Source: Thermodesulfobacteriota bacterium
GTDB lineage: Bacteria > Desulfobacterota_D > UBA1144 > Nemesobacterales > Nemesobacteraceae
Length of the DNA stretch: 64,000 nucleotides
Assembly: GCA_965202785.1 (NCBI GenBank)
Contig: OZ241855.1
Span: 288,001-352,000 of the forward strand
Direction of reading: 5' to 3'
In this document: piece after piece, positions 11,410-21,914 of the stretch
Numbering within the stretch: position 1 is the first letter of the stretch
Layout of the letters: every line of letters begins with the position of its first letter
Notes under the pieces: model-generated
Told to the model about the DNA's origin: nothing
The model's input: the letters and a program-made list of their open reading frames with translations, nothing else
Databases searched by the model: none
Program-made: the position numbers and the translations under genes

Positions 11410-11606
11410 AAGTCAGATTTTTAAATAGAAAGTCTTACACCCGTGGAATCGAGAAAAGCAGGCGATAACTCCAGTGGAAAACACGAGGAATAACGCCTTA
11501 TTTCTTCAACATCCTCCGGGAGTTAATGTAACTATAGGAATTAGGCATGTCAAACAGAGCTTTAATCCGCAAGTCTTACGCAGGTTTTGGCTGAAACAAA
11601 GGGAAG

Positions 11607-11999
11607 TCACCCATCGGTCGCAAGTTTAAGACCGTTAATTCCAGATTTTATGCTGACTATATTGTTCATCTCATCAACGTATATAAGCTTGGGTCTGTGT
11701 GTTTTGCTCTGCTCTTCATCATAGATTGCAAAATCCGCTATTATCAAGCAATCGCCTTTTCTCGCAAGATGCGCCGCCGCTCCGTTTACACAAACTATGT
11801 TTGACCCTCTCGCGCCTTCAATCACGTAGGTTGAAAAACGGTGGCCATTGGTCAGATTGAAAATGTGGACCTCTTCATAGGGAAACAGATCCGCCGCGTC
11901 CATGAGATTTCTATCAAGCGTAAGACTCCCTTCATAGTCCAACTCGGCATCGGTTACCGTAACTCTGTGTAGTTTGGATTTAAGGAGTACTCTCTGCAT
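11607..11999 (-). CDS. panD: Aspartate 1-decarboxylase
   Basis: KSKLHRVTVT, YEGSLTLD self-cleavage site, NGAAAH; start MQRVLL. Confidence 0.97.
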   Translation of the reverse strand: MQRVLLKSKLHRVTVTDAELDYEGSLTLDRNLMDAADLFPYEEVHIFNLTNGHRFSTYVIEGARGSNIVCVNGAAAHLARKGDCLIIADFAIYDEEQSKTHRPKLIYVDEMNNIVSIKSGINGLKLATDG

Positions 12000-12009
12000 T
12001 ACCAACCTC

Positions 12010-12867
12010 TTAAAGCACAATATTATCAATAAGCCTGGTATCGTCCAGCCTCACGGCCAGCGCCACCAAGTCACCCTCCACGGCTCTGTGCCGGAGCTCA
12101 AGGGTTTCAGGGTCTCTTATCTCAATATAATCAATATCATTAATTTGGGCCATACGCAATACCCTATCTGCCTCGGCAAGCAGAATTTTGCAGTCATCGC
12201 AACCGCTTTTGAACTTCTTTCCGACCTCTCGCAGGGCTTTGCTCACCGAAGCCGCCCTGATTCTCTGCTCTGCGCTGAGGTAAGCGTTTCTTGAGCTCAT
12301 GGCAAGTCCGTCAGATTCCCGTACTATCGGCATTTCCACTATCTCAATGTCCATATCGAGGTCCCGTACCATCTTCTGAACAATCTTAAGCTGCTGGTAG
12401 TCCTTTCTTCCAAACACCGCAAAATCCGGACGGACAATGTTAAACAGCTTAAGCACGACCGTTGCTACCCCGTCAAAATGCCCCGGCCTGAAAGGACCGC
12501 AGAGGCAGTCCCCAAGGTTTCCCACAGAAACCGCGGTCTGAAAGCCGTCGGGATAAATATCGCTTATATCCGGATAAAACAGGTAGTTAACGCCGCAGCG
12601 CGCAAGTTTTTCCACGTCGCCTTCGTAGTCCCTTTCGTAACGATCAAAGTCCTCACCGGGTCCGAACTGCGTGGGATTAACAAAAACACTTGCGACTGTC
12701 ACATCGGCCCTTCTAACTGATTCCTCGACAAGGGTAATATGCCCTCTGTGCAGGGCTCCCATAGTGGGAACAAAGCCGAGTTTCCTGCCCGCTTTCCTGC
12801 AAGCATCGGAAATTCTCTTCATGTCGGAAGGGCGGTTGAGCACAGAAAGCGCCCCCGCACTATCCAT
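12010..12867 (-). CDS. panC: Pantoate--beta-alanine ligase
   Basis: FVPTMGALHRGH, FVNPTQF, RPGHF, FGRKDYQQ, AMSSRN. Confidence 0.98.
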   Translation of the reverse strand: MDSAGALSVLNRPSDMKRISDACRKAGRKLGFVPTMGALHRGHITLVEESVRRADVTVASVFVNPTQFGPGEDFDRYERDYEGDVEKLARCGVNYLFYPDISDIYPDGFQTAVSVGNLGDCLCGPFRPGHFDGVATVVLKLFNIVRPDFAVFGRKDYQQLKIVQKMVRDLDMDIEIVEMPIVRESDGLAMSSRNAYLSAEQRIRAASVSKALREVGKKFKSGCDDCKILLAEADRVLRMAQINDIDYIEIRDPETLELRHRAVEGDLVALAVRLDDTRLIDNIVL

Positions 12868-13660
12868 AAGACTGCTCCTGTGAAGGAAAAGTCCCTTTTT
12901 TTACATCTTCCACGTATCTCTTTGTTGAATCGGAGATTGTCTTTGCAACCTTCGCGTATTTCTTGACGAACTTGGGGAGCGGCTCCGGCGTCAGGCCGAT
13001 CATATCGTTTATAACAAGCACCTGTCCGTCGCAATCCACCCCGGACCCTATCCCGACTGTCGGTATTCCTAGACTCTCGGTAACATCTCTGGCCACCTCA
13101 GACAAAACGCTTTCGATAAGCACCATGAAAGCGCCCGCCTGCTCACAGGACTTGGCGAGGTCCAAAAGCGTTTCGCGCTCGCCCGGCAGACTTCCCTGTA
13201 CCTTGTAACCACCCATTACGTGAACAGACTGCGGACAAAGTCCTATATGAGCAACAACGGGAATCCCGGCTTTCTGGATGCGGTACACGGTATCTACGTA
13301 TGCATCATTTACCTCAAGCTTAACCGACTCGGCTCTCCCCTCTTTTAAAAGTCTTCCGGCGCTTTCTATAGCATCTTCGGAAGACTTCTGATAGGAAAGA
13401 AATGGCATATCCGAGCACAAATGAGCCCGGTCCACTCCTCTTGAGACAATCTTCGTGTGATAAATCATTTCATCCAGCGTAACAGAAAGCGTATCTTCAA
13501 GGCCTTGAACCACGTTGCCTAGAGAATCCCCAACCAGAACAACATCTACTCCCGCTGCGTCCACTATCGCGGCGATGGTAGCATCGTACGCCGTTATCAT
13601 GGCAATCTTCTCGCCCTGCTCTTTCATTTTGCGAAAATCAGTTGTTCTCAGCTTTTTCAT
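12860..13660 (-). CDS. panB: 3-methyl-2-oxobutanoate hydroxymethyltransferase
   Basis: TAYD, LVGDSLG, DMPF, HIGLCPQS, GIGSG. Confidence 0.98.
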   Translation of the reverse strand: MKKLRTTDFRKMKEQGEKIAMITAYDATIAAIVDAAGVDVVLVGDSLGNVVQGLEDTLSVTLDEMIYHTKIVSRGVDRAHLCSDMPFLSYQKSSEDAIESAGRLLKEGRAESVKLEVNDAYVDTVYRIQKAGIPVVAHIGLCPQSVHVMGGYKVQGSLPGERETLLDLAKSCEQAGAFMVLIESVLSEVARDVTESLGIPTVGIGSGVDCDGQVLVINDMIGLTPEPLPKFVKKYAKVAKTISDSTKRYVEDVKKGTFPSQEQSYG

Positions 13661-13696
13661 TATTCGACCCTATCTCTTTTTCGAAACTGCGAGAGA

Positions 13697-14362
13697 TCAC
13701 TCAACGTATATTCTGGCTGAATATCCCCGCTTCCTCAAAACTACGCGAAGCATCTCGGCGTCTTTCCTTTTCTTAAACCTGCCAACCCTCACCCTGTAAT
13801 AAGTATCCCCCTCAAAGGCAAAAGATTCCACTCTCACATCCTCGTCCGTGACACGCGAAAGCTTTCTTTTGAGTTCATTGGCCGCCGCTTTGCTTCGAAA
13901 AGAGCCGGCTTGGACTGTGTAGAGGGAGATGAAAAGGCTTTCTGACCTTTCAGAGGGCGTCGACAGTACTTCTATTTTCACCTCCGCAACACCACTTCTG
14001 ACAAGTCCGATGGATTTTGCGGCCGCGTATGAGAGATCTATCACCCTGCCCCTTACGTAAGGCCCCCTGTCATTTATCCTGACTTTTACCTTCCTGCCAT
14101 TCTCGCGATTGGTAACGCGTACGACGGTACCAAAAGGAAGCTCCTTGTGCGCCGCAGTATAAGCATTTCTGTTGAATACCTCGCCACTTGCGGACCTCTT
14201 TCCATGCTCCTTGTCCCCATACCAGGAAGCCTTGCCGTACTGTACGGCATCCGTCGACCTGGGCCGCTGAAAATCCCGGCTTTCCCACCTCGGGGAACCT
14301 GAGAAAGGAGAGCAACCGGCCGCAAAAAACGCAATCAGAACGGCAAACCTGATCCAGATCAT
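13697..14362 (-). CDS. rlpA: Septal ring lytic transglycosylase RlpA with SPOR domain
   Basis: Lipobox AAGC, GKASWYG, TAAHKELP, INDRGP, IDLS; C-terminal VQAGSF...YRVRVG. Confidence 0.92.
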   Translation of the reverse strand: MIWIRFAVLIAFFAAGCSPFSGSPRWESRDFQRPRSTDAVQYGKASWYGDKEHGKRSASGEVFNRNAYTAAHKELPFGTVVRVTNRENGRKVKVRINDRGPYVRGRVIDLSYAAAKSIGLVRSGVAEVKIEVLSTPSERSESLFISLYTVQAGSFRSKAAANELKRKLSRVTDEDVRVESFAFEGDTYYRVRVGRFKKRKDAEMLRVVLRKRGYSARIYVE

Positions 14363-14493
14363 AAGGTTCTATTTTACCATAACGAATTCCCTCGCAGACA
14401 CTGACATGCTGTAAATATCCGTTCTACCGTCCGCAATCTTGAGATTATAAGCGGTTATAATAAAATAGTGCCACCAAAAAATAGGCAGATACG

Positions 14494-15690
14494 ATGAACC
14501 GGCCGGATCATAATTTTTCCCTGATAAACCGAATCCCCCCTTATGTGCTCGGCGTAGTCAACGAACTTAAACACCAAGCACGCGCCAGGGGAGAGGATAT
14601 AATCGACCTCGGAATGGGGAATCCCGATCAGGCAACGCCGGACCATATAGTGGAGAAACTGCGCGAGGCAGTAGGAGAACCCAGAAACCACAGATACTCC
14701 GCCTCCGCCGGATTGCCCAAACTTCGTCTGGCCATAACCGACTGGTACAGAAGAAAATTCGACGTTGACCTCGACCCGGATTCCGAAGCTGTCGTCACGA
14801 TAGGATCAAAAGAAGGCATATCGCATTTAATGCTTTCAATACTCTCCCCGGGAGATATAGCGATAGTCCCCGACCCTAGCTACCCAATACACAACTACTC
14901 CGTAATCATAGCAAGAGGAGACACTCACAGTTGTCCCATGGGGGAAAAAGAAGACTTGATACAGTCAATAGAAAAAACGATAAAGGAAGTGTGGCCGAAA
15001 CCCAAAGTGCTTATTCTTTCATTCCCCAACAATCCGACTACACAAGTCATGGACCTTGATTTCTTCGAAAAAATTTGTGATCTAGCACGTCAAACGGGTC
15101 TTATAGTAGTGCATGATCTGGTTTACGCAGAACTGTGTTATGACGGATACAAGGCTCCGAGCATAATGCAGGTAAAGGGAGCCAAAGACGTTGCGGTGGA
15201 ATTCTATTCGCTTTCCAAAACCTACAACATGCCCGGCTGGAGGGTCGGCTTCATGGTGGGGAACCCGGAAATCGTTTCCGCACTCAAAAGAATAAAAAGC
15301 TACCTTGACTACGGAATATTTCAGCCGATCCAGATAGCCGCAATCACCGCTCTCAACGGACCCCAGCAACCCATAGAACATATAAGAGAAACCTACAGGT
15401 CCAGAAGAGACAAACTGATCGAATCATTTGCAAGGGCCGGATGGGAAATCCCAAAACCAAAAGCGACGATGTTCGTATGGGCACAGATACCTGAAGAGTT
15501 TACGGAAATGGGGTCGCTTGAATTCTCGAAACTTCTTATAGAGAAATCAAAAGTTGCCGTATCCCCCGGAGTGGGATTCGGAAACTACGGAGAAGGGTTC
15601 GTAAGACTTGCACTTGTTGAGAACGAGAACAGAATAACTCAGGCGGCAAGGGGAGTCCGGAAGCTCCTTCAAGGCACCCGCGGCTACTAA
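14494..15690 (+). CDS. alaC: Class I PLP aminotransferase, AlaC/YfdZ-like
   Basis: PPYV, IIDLGMGNPD, FPNNPT, SLSKTYNMPGWRVG, KSYLDYG. Confidence 0.75.
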   Translation: MNRPDHNFSLINRIPPYVLGVVNELKHQARARGEDIIDLGMGNPDQATPDHIVEKLREAVGEPRNHRYSASAGLPKLRLAITDWYRRKFDVDLDPDSEAVVTIGSKEGISHLMLSILSPGDIAIVPDPSYPIHNYSVIIARGDTHSCPMGEKEDLIQSIEKTIKEVWPKPKVLILSFPNNPTTQVMDLDFFEKICDLARQTGLIVVHDLVYAELCYDGYKAPSIMQVKGAKDVAVEFYSLSKTYNMPGWRVGFMVGNPEIVSALKRIKSYLDYGIFQPIQIAAITALNGPQQPIEHIRETYRSRRDKLIESFARAGWEIPKPKATMFVWAQIPEEFTEMGSLEFSKLLIEKSKVAVSPGVGFGNYGEGFVRLALVENENRITQAARGVRKLLQGTRGY

Positions 15691-17522
15691 AAAGCCTGCC
15701 CTATGCTTATAAAAATCTTGAATCTGTCATTTCTCTCCTCGTCCTCGGGGTTTAGAAGGTAGCCGAAATCTGCCCTGATCGGTCCGATAATCGTATGGTA
15801 TCTCAATCCAGCACCGGCGGCGTACTTCAGGTTGGAAACACTGAAGCCGAAACTCTTTGAATAAACATTTCCGTAATCGAAGAAAGCTACCGCTCCAAGC
15901 TTGTTAAAAAGCCTGAAGCGGGCTTCAGCGTTACCAACGATCATGGAGTTGCCCCCCAGAGGGTCCCGATCCGAATTAAGCGGACTCAGGTGCTGAAATG
16001 AATAGCCCCTCATGCTTGCACTGCCTCCGGCGAAGAACCTCTTGAAGATCGGCACGTCAAGCGGGTCAGTTTCCCCAAGTGTGGTTATATTTCCAATCGT
16101 CGCCCTTTTTCCCAGAACGATCCCGAAAACGTCCTTGTAGTACCTTAACTCGGCCAGAAACTTCAGGTAATTGGTGCGGGCGGAGCTAGTGGTCTGAATC
16201 GGTGTTTCCATGAAGAAAAACAGCCGCATTCCACTGGTAGGATTTATAAGGCTATTGGTCAGGTCATACTCAACTCCCAGATCAACAACCGTCAGGAAAA
16301 CACTGTCGCGGGCACTTTCAATCGGCGTTCTTACCACCTGAGAGTCTATATCCGCGAATACGACGTTTAGCGAACTGAAAAGTGTGAGATAATCAAAAAA
16401 CTCTTTGGACAAAGTACTGTTGAAATCGAAACTCAAACCCTCATAGCCCGGGAAATCATCCCTTCTCACGTCAAGCAAAAAAGCAAGACTGGAATTCCTG
16501 CCAACTAAATGGGGTTGGTCAAGTCTGGCCAGCAATCCCCGTGTCAGGGATGAATAACTGGAAGTGATCTGCAGGGTCCTTCCGCCGTCGAAAAAATTCC
16601 TCTGGCTCCAAGATAGCTGTGCCCTTAAATTGTCCTCCGTGGCGTATCCAACTCCAAGCTTTATCGTTCCGAGTTTTCTTTCGGTAACGCTGTATATGGT
16701 CTGGACCTCGAACTTCTGCTCGTCATAATCAGTATCGACTATAACGGAATTAAAAAGGCCTGTTTCAAAAATGTTCGCCCGCGATTTCTGAGTCTCTTTG
16801 AGAGAAAACAGGTCCCCTTTCTCGTACTCTATCTCCCGCTCGAGAAGTCTGGTGGCAATATCGGAATTTCCCCTAAACATCACGTCGCCGAAATAATATT
16901 CCTGGCCCGGATCGATGGTGAATTCAACATTAACCTCCCTGCTCCTCAGGCTCACAATCGCTTCGGATTTTACATCCGCCAGAGGATAACCCCTATCGGA
17001 AAACAACTCCGTGATAAGAACTTTTGACTTCTGGTAGCTTATCTGGGAAAAAGGTTTCCCTTCTTTCAAGAGGATTACCTCGGCGACATCGGAGACGTAA
17101 TCATCCGGGTGATTACCAAGAACTACTATGTTCAAAGTCTTCACTATTACGGGGTCCCCTTGGTCCACTCTTATTTCTATATCCACTTTTCGGTTTCCAT
17201 CCCGGAAATCCAAGGTATGGGTTACCGTAGAACCGTAATAACCATGTTCCCTGAGAACCTGCTCTATTCTTTTTATATCGTCCTCAAGGAACTGCTCGTT
17301 GAATTCCGGACGTTTTCTCCATGGTCTCCTTGAGGGAAAGGGAGTTATCATGGAGTCCTTTATCCTCTCGAGTTCTATATCTTTTAACCCCTTTATCCTG
17401 ATCCCGGAGATAAAAACCGTTTCGTCCTTCTCCGCTTCCTCGGCGCTAACGTCCAGAGTCAAGGGAAAAAGCACGATAAGAAAAAAAAGTCCCGAAAGCA
17501 AAAAAACGACGAATTGAGGCAT
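15687..17522 (-). CDS. Omp85-family outer membrane protein (TamA/BamA-like, about 3 POTRA domains)
   Basis: POTRA-like GYYG/GYP segments, RFFAGGSASMRGY, GPIRADFG, C-terminal IGQAF; start re-picked at MPQFVV. Confidence 0.85.
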   Translation of the reverse strand: MPQFVVFLLSGLFFLIVLFPLTLDVSAEEAEKDETVFISGIRIKGLKDIELERIKDSMITPFPSRRPWRKRPEFNEQFLEDDIKRIEQVLREHGYYGSTVTHTLDFRDGNRKVDIEIRVDQGDPVIVKTLNIVVLGNHPDDYVSDVAEVILLKEGKPFSQISYQKSKVLITELFSDRGYPLADVKSEAIVSLRSREVNVEFTIDPGQEYYFGDVMFRGNSDIATRLLEREIEYEKGDLFSLKETQKSRANIFETGLFNSVIVDTDYDEQKFEVQTIYSVTERKLGTIKLGVGYATEDNLRAQLSWSQRNFFDGGRTLQITSSYSSLTRGLLARLDQPHLVGRNSSLAFLLDVRRDDFPGYEGLSFDFNSTLSKEFFDYLTLFSSLNVVFADIDSQVVRTPIESARDSVFLTVVDLGVEYDLTNSLINPTSGMRLFFFMETPIQTTSSARTNYLKFLAELRYYKDVFGIVLGKRATIGNITTLGETDPLDVPIFKRFFAGGSASMRGYSFQHLSPLNSDRDPLGGNSMIVGNAEARFRLFNKLGAVAFFDYGNVYSKSFGFSVSNLKYAAGAGLRYHTIIGPIRADFGYLLNPEDEERNDRFKIFISIGQAF

Positions 17523-17602
17523 GCAAAGGAATTCGCACGGGAAGTCGCTGGTATAGTTGCGGTCAGAAAAAGAAGATATAGGTCTATCCATTTCTATTAA
17601 TG

Positions 17603-17640
17603 TTAACAAGGACAAACTGACTTTAACAAGAACAAACTGA
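17603..17640. repeat. Tandem direct repeat, 18-bp unit with 20-bp period
   Basis: TTAACAAGGACAAACTGA (17603-17620) and TTAACAAGAACAAACTGA (17623-17640), 1 mismatch. Confidence 0.85.
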
Positions 17641-17877
17641 AAAAAACCGGCGGGTCAGAAACAGACGCAGCCACTTCAGCTGTACAAAAGTCAACGATAA
17701 CCGGCCGTACGCGTAAAACCACATGCAGAACAATCCCGGACTAAGAAACAGTTGACAAAATTGCCGGATCCACACCGCCTAAGAAGCAACAATTCGCATG
17801 TACAGCGGCAAAAAGCAAGACCGCTTATATATAATAATACGGCAATATGATATTATTTTTACCGAGGTCGTTTAACC

Positions 17878-18198
17878 ATGGAGCTTTTGCTGCTTATTCT
17901 GTTTGTTCTCCTCGGATTTCTCGCCGGTACATATATACTGGGGACTTTCTTCTCCCTTGTTTTCATGCAGTTGCCGGAGGCTTTCAGGTCAAGGACCAGC
18001 GGGAGTTCTGAAGTGCCGGTGCAGAGGCTTGCGCATCTAGTTTTGGAAACCATAGGATGGTTTCTGTTGCTTCTCTCGCTTATATTCCTAGTAAACAAGT
18101 ATCTTGCCGGCTATCAGAAGCTTTTTCTCTGCGGTATATACGTAGCCTTGGCTTTCCACATAGGGACGCTTCTGAATCTTTACGGAAGACCTTCGTAA
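17878..18198 (+). CDS. Hypothetical membrane protein (about 3 TM)
   Basis: Hydrophobic 106-aa ORF, SD GAGG upstream. Confidence 0.6.
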   Translation: MELLLLILFVLLGFLAGTYILGTFFSLVFMQLPEAFRSRTSGSSEVPVQRLAHLVLETIGWFLLLLSLIFLVNKYLAGYQKLFLCGIYVALAFHIGTLLNLYGRPS

Positions 18199-18339
18199 AG
18201 TGCAAAGAGAAAAATAGGGGGAACCGCTTCGCTTCTTCGTGCCGTGTCAGTATAGGTGCGCTCTCAAACTCAACTAATCCGGTTTTAAAAATTCGCGACA
18301 GGTCGGAAGATCCAAGAAAAAAACTGCTGTTTTTGCGGG

Positions 18340-18960
18340 TTAGCGCTTTTTCTGCGCTGAAAAGTTACTGTCAATAAACATCTGCCTGGCAGGATCTCCT
18401 GGATCCCCCCTGCGTTTGCGGCGCAGATCCTTCGCCGTCTTTTTTTCCAGAACAGGTTTATGAATATATTCAATTTCTATTGTTCTTTTTTTAGAGTTCA
18501 CGCTTGCAAGTACTACTGTGTCCGAAAGATCCCACGACAGAACCTCGTAAGAAAACATTTTCTCCCGCTCGAAAGCGTCGCCGAGAACATTAGCGAGATC
18601 ACCGACAAGTTCGTTTTTTGCGAACGCAAAACGGGTCTCATCCTCAAAACTGAACAAGATGGAACTTGACATAAGATTGTCTTTATAAAATTCAAGCCGG
18701 GTTTCATGGTCGGGCGGCGGGTCAAGAGCAACTCCCGACAAGGAACCGTCCAGAACGACTTTTCGTAGATTGTTTGAGTATTTGCGATCAGAAACAATCT
18801 CGAGTTTAGAAAATTCGATCAGATTAAGTGCGTCCTTTCTGGAAGTCCCGAATTCAAAACCGTGGGGAATCCTGAGATTCACCTGGCTTCCCTCAAGAGG
18901 AAAGGGGAAGAGGAAACAAACTGAAAAAATAAGCGTAAGCCAAGTTCTTGCACAATACAT
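18340..18960 (-). CDS. Hypothetical exported protein
   Basis: Signal-peptide-like MYCARTWLTLIFSVCFLFPFP, then GFEFGTS; start re-picked. Confidence 0.6.
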   Translation of the reverse strand: MYCARTWLTLIFSVCFLFPFPLEGSQVNLRIPHGFEFGTSRKDALNLIEFSKLEIVSDRKYSNNLRKVVLDGSLSGVALDPPPDHETRLEFYKDNLMSSSILFSFEDETRFAFAKNELVGDLANVLGDAFEREKMFSYEVLSWDLSDTVVLASVNSKKRTIEIEYIHKPVLEKKTAKDLRRKRRGDPGDPARQMFIDSNFSAQKKR

Positions 18961-19065
18961 AAGGTTTTCCCGTGATATAAATCGCTTAAACCCGTGGTAT
19001 ACTTTGGGACCTGTGATTCTAACCGTTTTATACAGGCTTGTTAAACGCAACGCGGTGAAACTTTA

Positions 19066-19533
19066 ATGGAAACGATCATAGGAGTAATCGGAGCGGCAAA
19101 CGCAAGTGAGGAGGAAAAAAGAACTTCGGAAGAAGTCGGAGTTCTAATTGCCAGAAGGGATTGTTTTCTGCTTTGTGGCGGAATGGGAGGAGTTATGGAA
19201 GCCGCGTGCCGAGGAGCAAAATCAGCCGGGGGCACCACAATCGGGATTCTCCCCGGCCCCGAAGCCTCATCGGCTAACAGATTCATCGACATACCGATAG
19301 TTACGGGGATGGGTGAAGCAAGAAACGTGATAGTAGCGAAGTCAAGCCATTCTATAATCGCCATTGGAGGCAGTTTCGGCACCCTGTCGGAGATATCGTT
19401 CGCACTTAAGTCCGGAATTCCCGTCATCGGGCTTGACACCTGGGATGTCTCTGAGGAAATTATCAAATGCGAAACCCCGGAACAAGCAGTGAGAACAGCC
19501 TTTGAGCTATCCTCCCTCAGGGAAAAGGCCTGA
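19066..19533 (+). CDS. TIGR00725/LOG-family Rossmann-fold nucleotide-binding protein
   Basis: CGGMGGVMEAACRGA, IGILPG, TGMGEARN, GGSFGTLSE. Confidence 0.9.
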   Translation: METIIGVIGAANASEEEKRTSEEVGVLIARRDCFLLCGGMGGVMEAACRGAKSAGGTTIGILPGPEASSANRFIDIPIVTGMGEARNVIVAKSSHSIIAIGGSFGTLSEISFALKSGIPVIGLDTWDVSEEIIKCETPEQAVRTAFELSSLREKA

Positions 19534-20090
19534 TGAAAACCTCCCCGAACAAGCAAAAAGAAATGGCACTGGAAGAAATCGAAAACCAAATAAGACGCGT
19601 TCCCGATTTCCCGAGCAAAGGGATACTTTTCTACGATATAACCACGCTTGTTAAAAACGCTGAGGCTTTCCGAAAATCCGTTGACATGATGGCGGAAATA
19701 CTCACCGGCAAAGAGGTAACCTCATTTGTCGCGCCCGAAAGCCGAGGCTTCATATTCGCTGCCGCCTTATCCTATAAGCTTGAAAAAGAGTTAATCCTGG
19801 TAAGGAAACCTGGCAAGCTGCCGAGCGACACCGCAAGCGTTTCATATGATCTTGAGTACGGGAAAGACGTTCTGGAAATTCACAAAGACGCGATAAACGG
19901 CAAAAGCAGCGCAGTAATCGTCGATGATCTTCTGGCCACGGGAGGAACGGCACACAGCGCCGGGCGCTTGGTGGAAGAACTGGGAGGAAGCGTCGTAGGA
20001 TACCTTTTCCTCGTAGAGCTTACAGGGCTCAAGGGGGCCGAGGCCCTTTCCCCCCACCCTGTCTGGTCCCTACTTAAAATGCCGGGGTAA
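19533..20090 (+). CDS. apt: Adenine phosphoribosyltransferase
   Basis: PDFPSKGILFYDI, ESRGF, RKPGKLP, VDDLLATGGT. Confidence 0.96.
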   Translation: MKTSPNKQKEMALEEIENQIRRVPDFPSKGILFYDITTLVKNAEAFRKSVDMMAEILTGKEVTSFVAPESRGFIFAAALSYKLEKELILVRKPGKLPSDTASVSYDLEYGKDVLEIHKDAINGKSSAVIVDDLLATGGTAHSAGRLVEELGGSVVGYLFLVELTGLKGAEALSPHPVWSLLKMPG

Positions 20091-20093
20091 AGA

Positions 20094-21194
20094 TTGAAAA
20101 AGATAGCAGTCAAAGTCAGTTCAAACGAAGATAATTCCTATGAAATACTGATCGGCCAAGGTCTTGTGAGCCAGATTGCGGGCGATCTGGCCGAGGCCTC
20201 CATAGCTCACTCCCACGCCCTAGTAACCGATTCAAACGTGGCGGATCTCTACGGGGCTAAACTTCTGAGCGATCTTGAGGAAGCACTCCCGGAAGTCAAT
20301 ATGATTGTCTTCCCGGCGGGAGAGCAAAGCAAGACCAGAGAAATCAAGTCCTTTATAGAAGACAGGATGCTTGAATCGGGATTCGGCAGGGACTCTTCGG
20401 TCATAGCACTAGGCGGCGGGGTCGTGGGAGACATAGCAGGGTTTGTGGCCGCCACTTACATGAGGGGAGTACCCTGCGTTCAGGTGCCCACAAGCCTAGT
20501 TGCCTGCGTTGACAGTTCGGTGGGAGGAAAAACTGCTGTAGACACCCCTCACGGAAAAAACCTCATCGGTTCCTTCTATCAGCCATGGCGAGTGTATGTG
20601 GACACAGACATGCTTAAAACCCTCGAACCGAAGCAGCTGGCAGAGGGACTCGCCGAGATAATCAAATACGGCGTAATAAGCAGTGAGGATTTCTTCCAGT
20701 ACCTAGAAGCAAATATCGAGAAAATCTACGAATTCGACGACGCTACGCTCCTCGAGGTGATAGAGACAAGCTGCAGGATCAAGGCGGAAGTGGTTGAGAA
20801 GGATGAAAAAGAGCAGAACCTGCGGAAAATCCTTAATTTCGGGCACACGGTCGGCCACGCAATCGAGCAGCTATCCGACTATACAATCTCCCATGGAGAA
20901 GCGATTTCCGCGGGGATGATAATTGAGGGGAGAATCGCTCTGGGTGAAACAGGGTGGAGTGAAAAAGAGCAGGACAGGCTCACCCTTCTTCTGGAGAGGG
21001 CGGGACTTCCTACTGAACCTCCACGCGGGGTAAACGTCGGGAAAGTAATCGACGTCATGAAAATCGACAAGAAAGCCAGAAAAGGCAAGATAGGAATGTC
21101 GCTTCCCGAGCGTATAGGCAAGATGAAAGAACATGAGGGAGATTACGGAATAAAGATCGGGGAGCAGATTATAACTTCCGCTTTTAGATCCTGA
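20094..21194 (+). CDS. aroB: 3-dehydroquinate synthase
   Basis: GGGVVGDIAGF, DSSVGGKT, LNFGHTVGHAIE, HGEA. Confidence 0.96.
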   Translation: MKKIAVKVSSNEDNSYEILIGQGLVSQIAGDLAEASIAHSHALVTDSNVADLYGAKLLSDLEEALPEVNMIVFPAGEQSKTREIKSFIEDRMLESGFGRDSSVIALGGGVVGDIAGFVAATYMRGVPCVQVPTSLVACVDSSVGGKTAVDTPHGKNLIGSFYQPWRVYVDTDMLKTLEPKQLAEGLAEIIKYGVISSEDFFQYLEANIEKIYEFDDATLLEVIETSCRIKAEVVEKDEKEQNLRKILNFGHTVGHAIEQLSDYTISHGEAISAGMIIEGRIALGETGWSEKEQDRLTLLLERAGLPTEPPRGVNVGKVIDVMKIDKKARKGKIGMSLPERIGKMKEHEGDYGIKIGEQIITSAFRS

Positions 21195-21202
21195 CACGGA
21201 AA

Positions 21203-21811
21203 ATGAAGTTAACCGACCCCGCGGTGGACATCTCCTTGTTTTCGCTTCCCATCGGCAAAAAAGACATCTTCTGCGACGAAAAACCTCTAATACTTGAGAT
21301 CGGCTTTGGAGAAGGAGAATTTCTCATAAACGCGGCGCAGTGCGACGCAAGCAGAAACTACCTTGGTATCGAGATCAAGAGAGGAAGATTTCGAAAAGCG
21401 GTGCGTGCTGCGGAAGAGCTCTCTCTGGAAAACTTAAAATTCCTCCACATTGAAGCTGAGATCGCGCTCAGACAGGTCTTCAGACAGGGAATGTTTGATC
21501 TTGTCCTAGTTAACTTCCCCGACCCTTGGCCGAAGAAAAGACATTCAAAACACAGAATGTTCAACCGGGAATTTATAAGCTGCCTAGCAAAAGTGCTTAC
21601 GAGAAGCGGGAGGACCATAATAAAGACCGATCAGTTGAGCTACATTGAGCAGATAGTGTCCGAATTCAAAAGAAGTTGCTTGTTCCGCCCCGCACACCCT
21701 CCACCCGGTTTCGTTGAGGCTCGAAGAGGAGAAACAGAAACGAAATTCGAAAAACATTTCAGGGAAGCCTCGCAAAAGATATTCAGTGCCGTTTTTCTAA
21801 ATCTTCGCTAG
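21203..21811 (+). CDS. trmB: tRNA (guanine-N7)-methyltransferase
   Basis: LEIGFGEG, NFPDPWPKKRH, KTD, TKFE. Confidence 0.92.
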   Translation: MKLTDPAVDISLFSLPIGKKDIFCDEKPLILEIGFGEGEFLINAAQCDASRNYLGIEIKRGRFRKAVRAAEELSLENLKFLHIEAEIALRQVFRQGMFDLVLVNFPDPWPKKRHSKHRMFNREFISCLAKVLTRSGRTIIKTDQLSYIEQIVSEFKRSCLFRPAHPPPGFVEARRGETETKFEKHFREASQKIFSAVFLNLR

Positions 21812-21914
21812 CAAACAGGCTCAATAGGTCGATATGTAAAGACTTTATAATTGACATTAGGGATGTTCTATGTATTAAGTTGTCCGTTCCGCACAAAATA
21901 TGGAGGTTCTTTAA

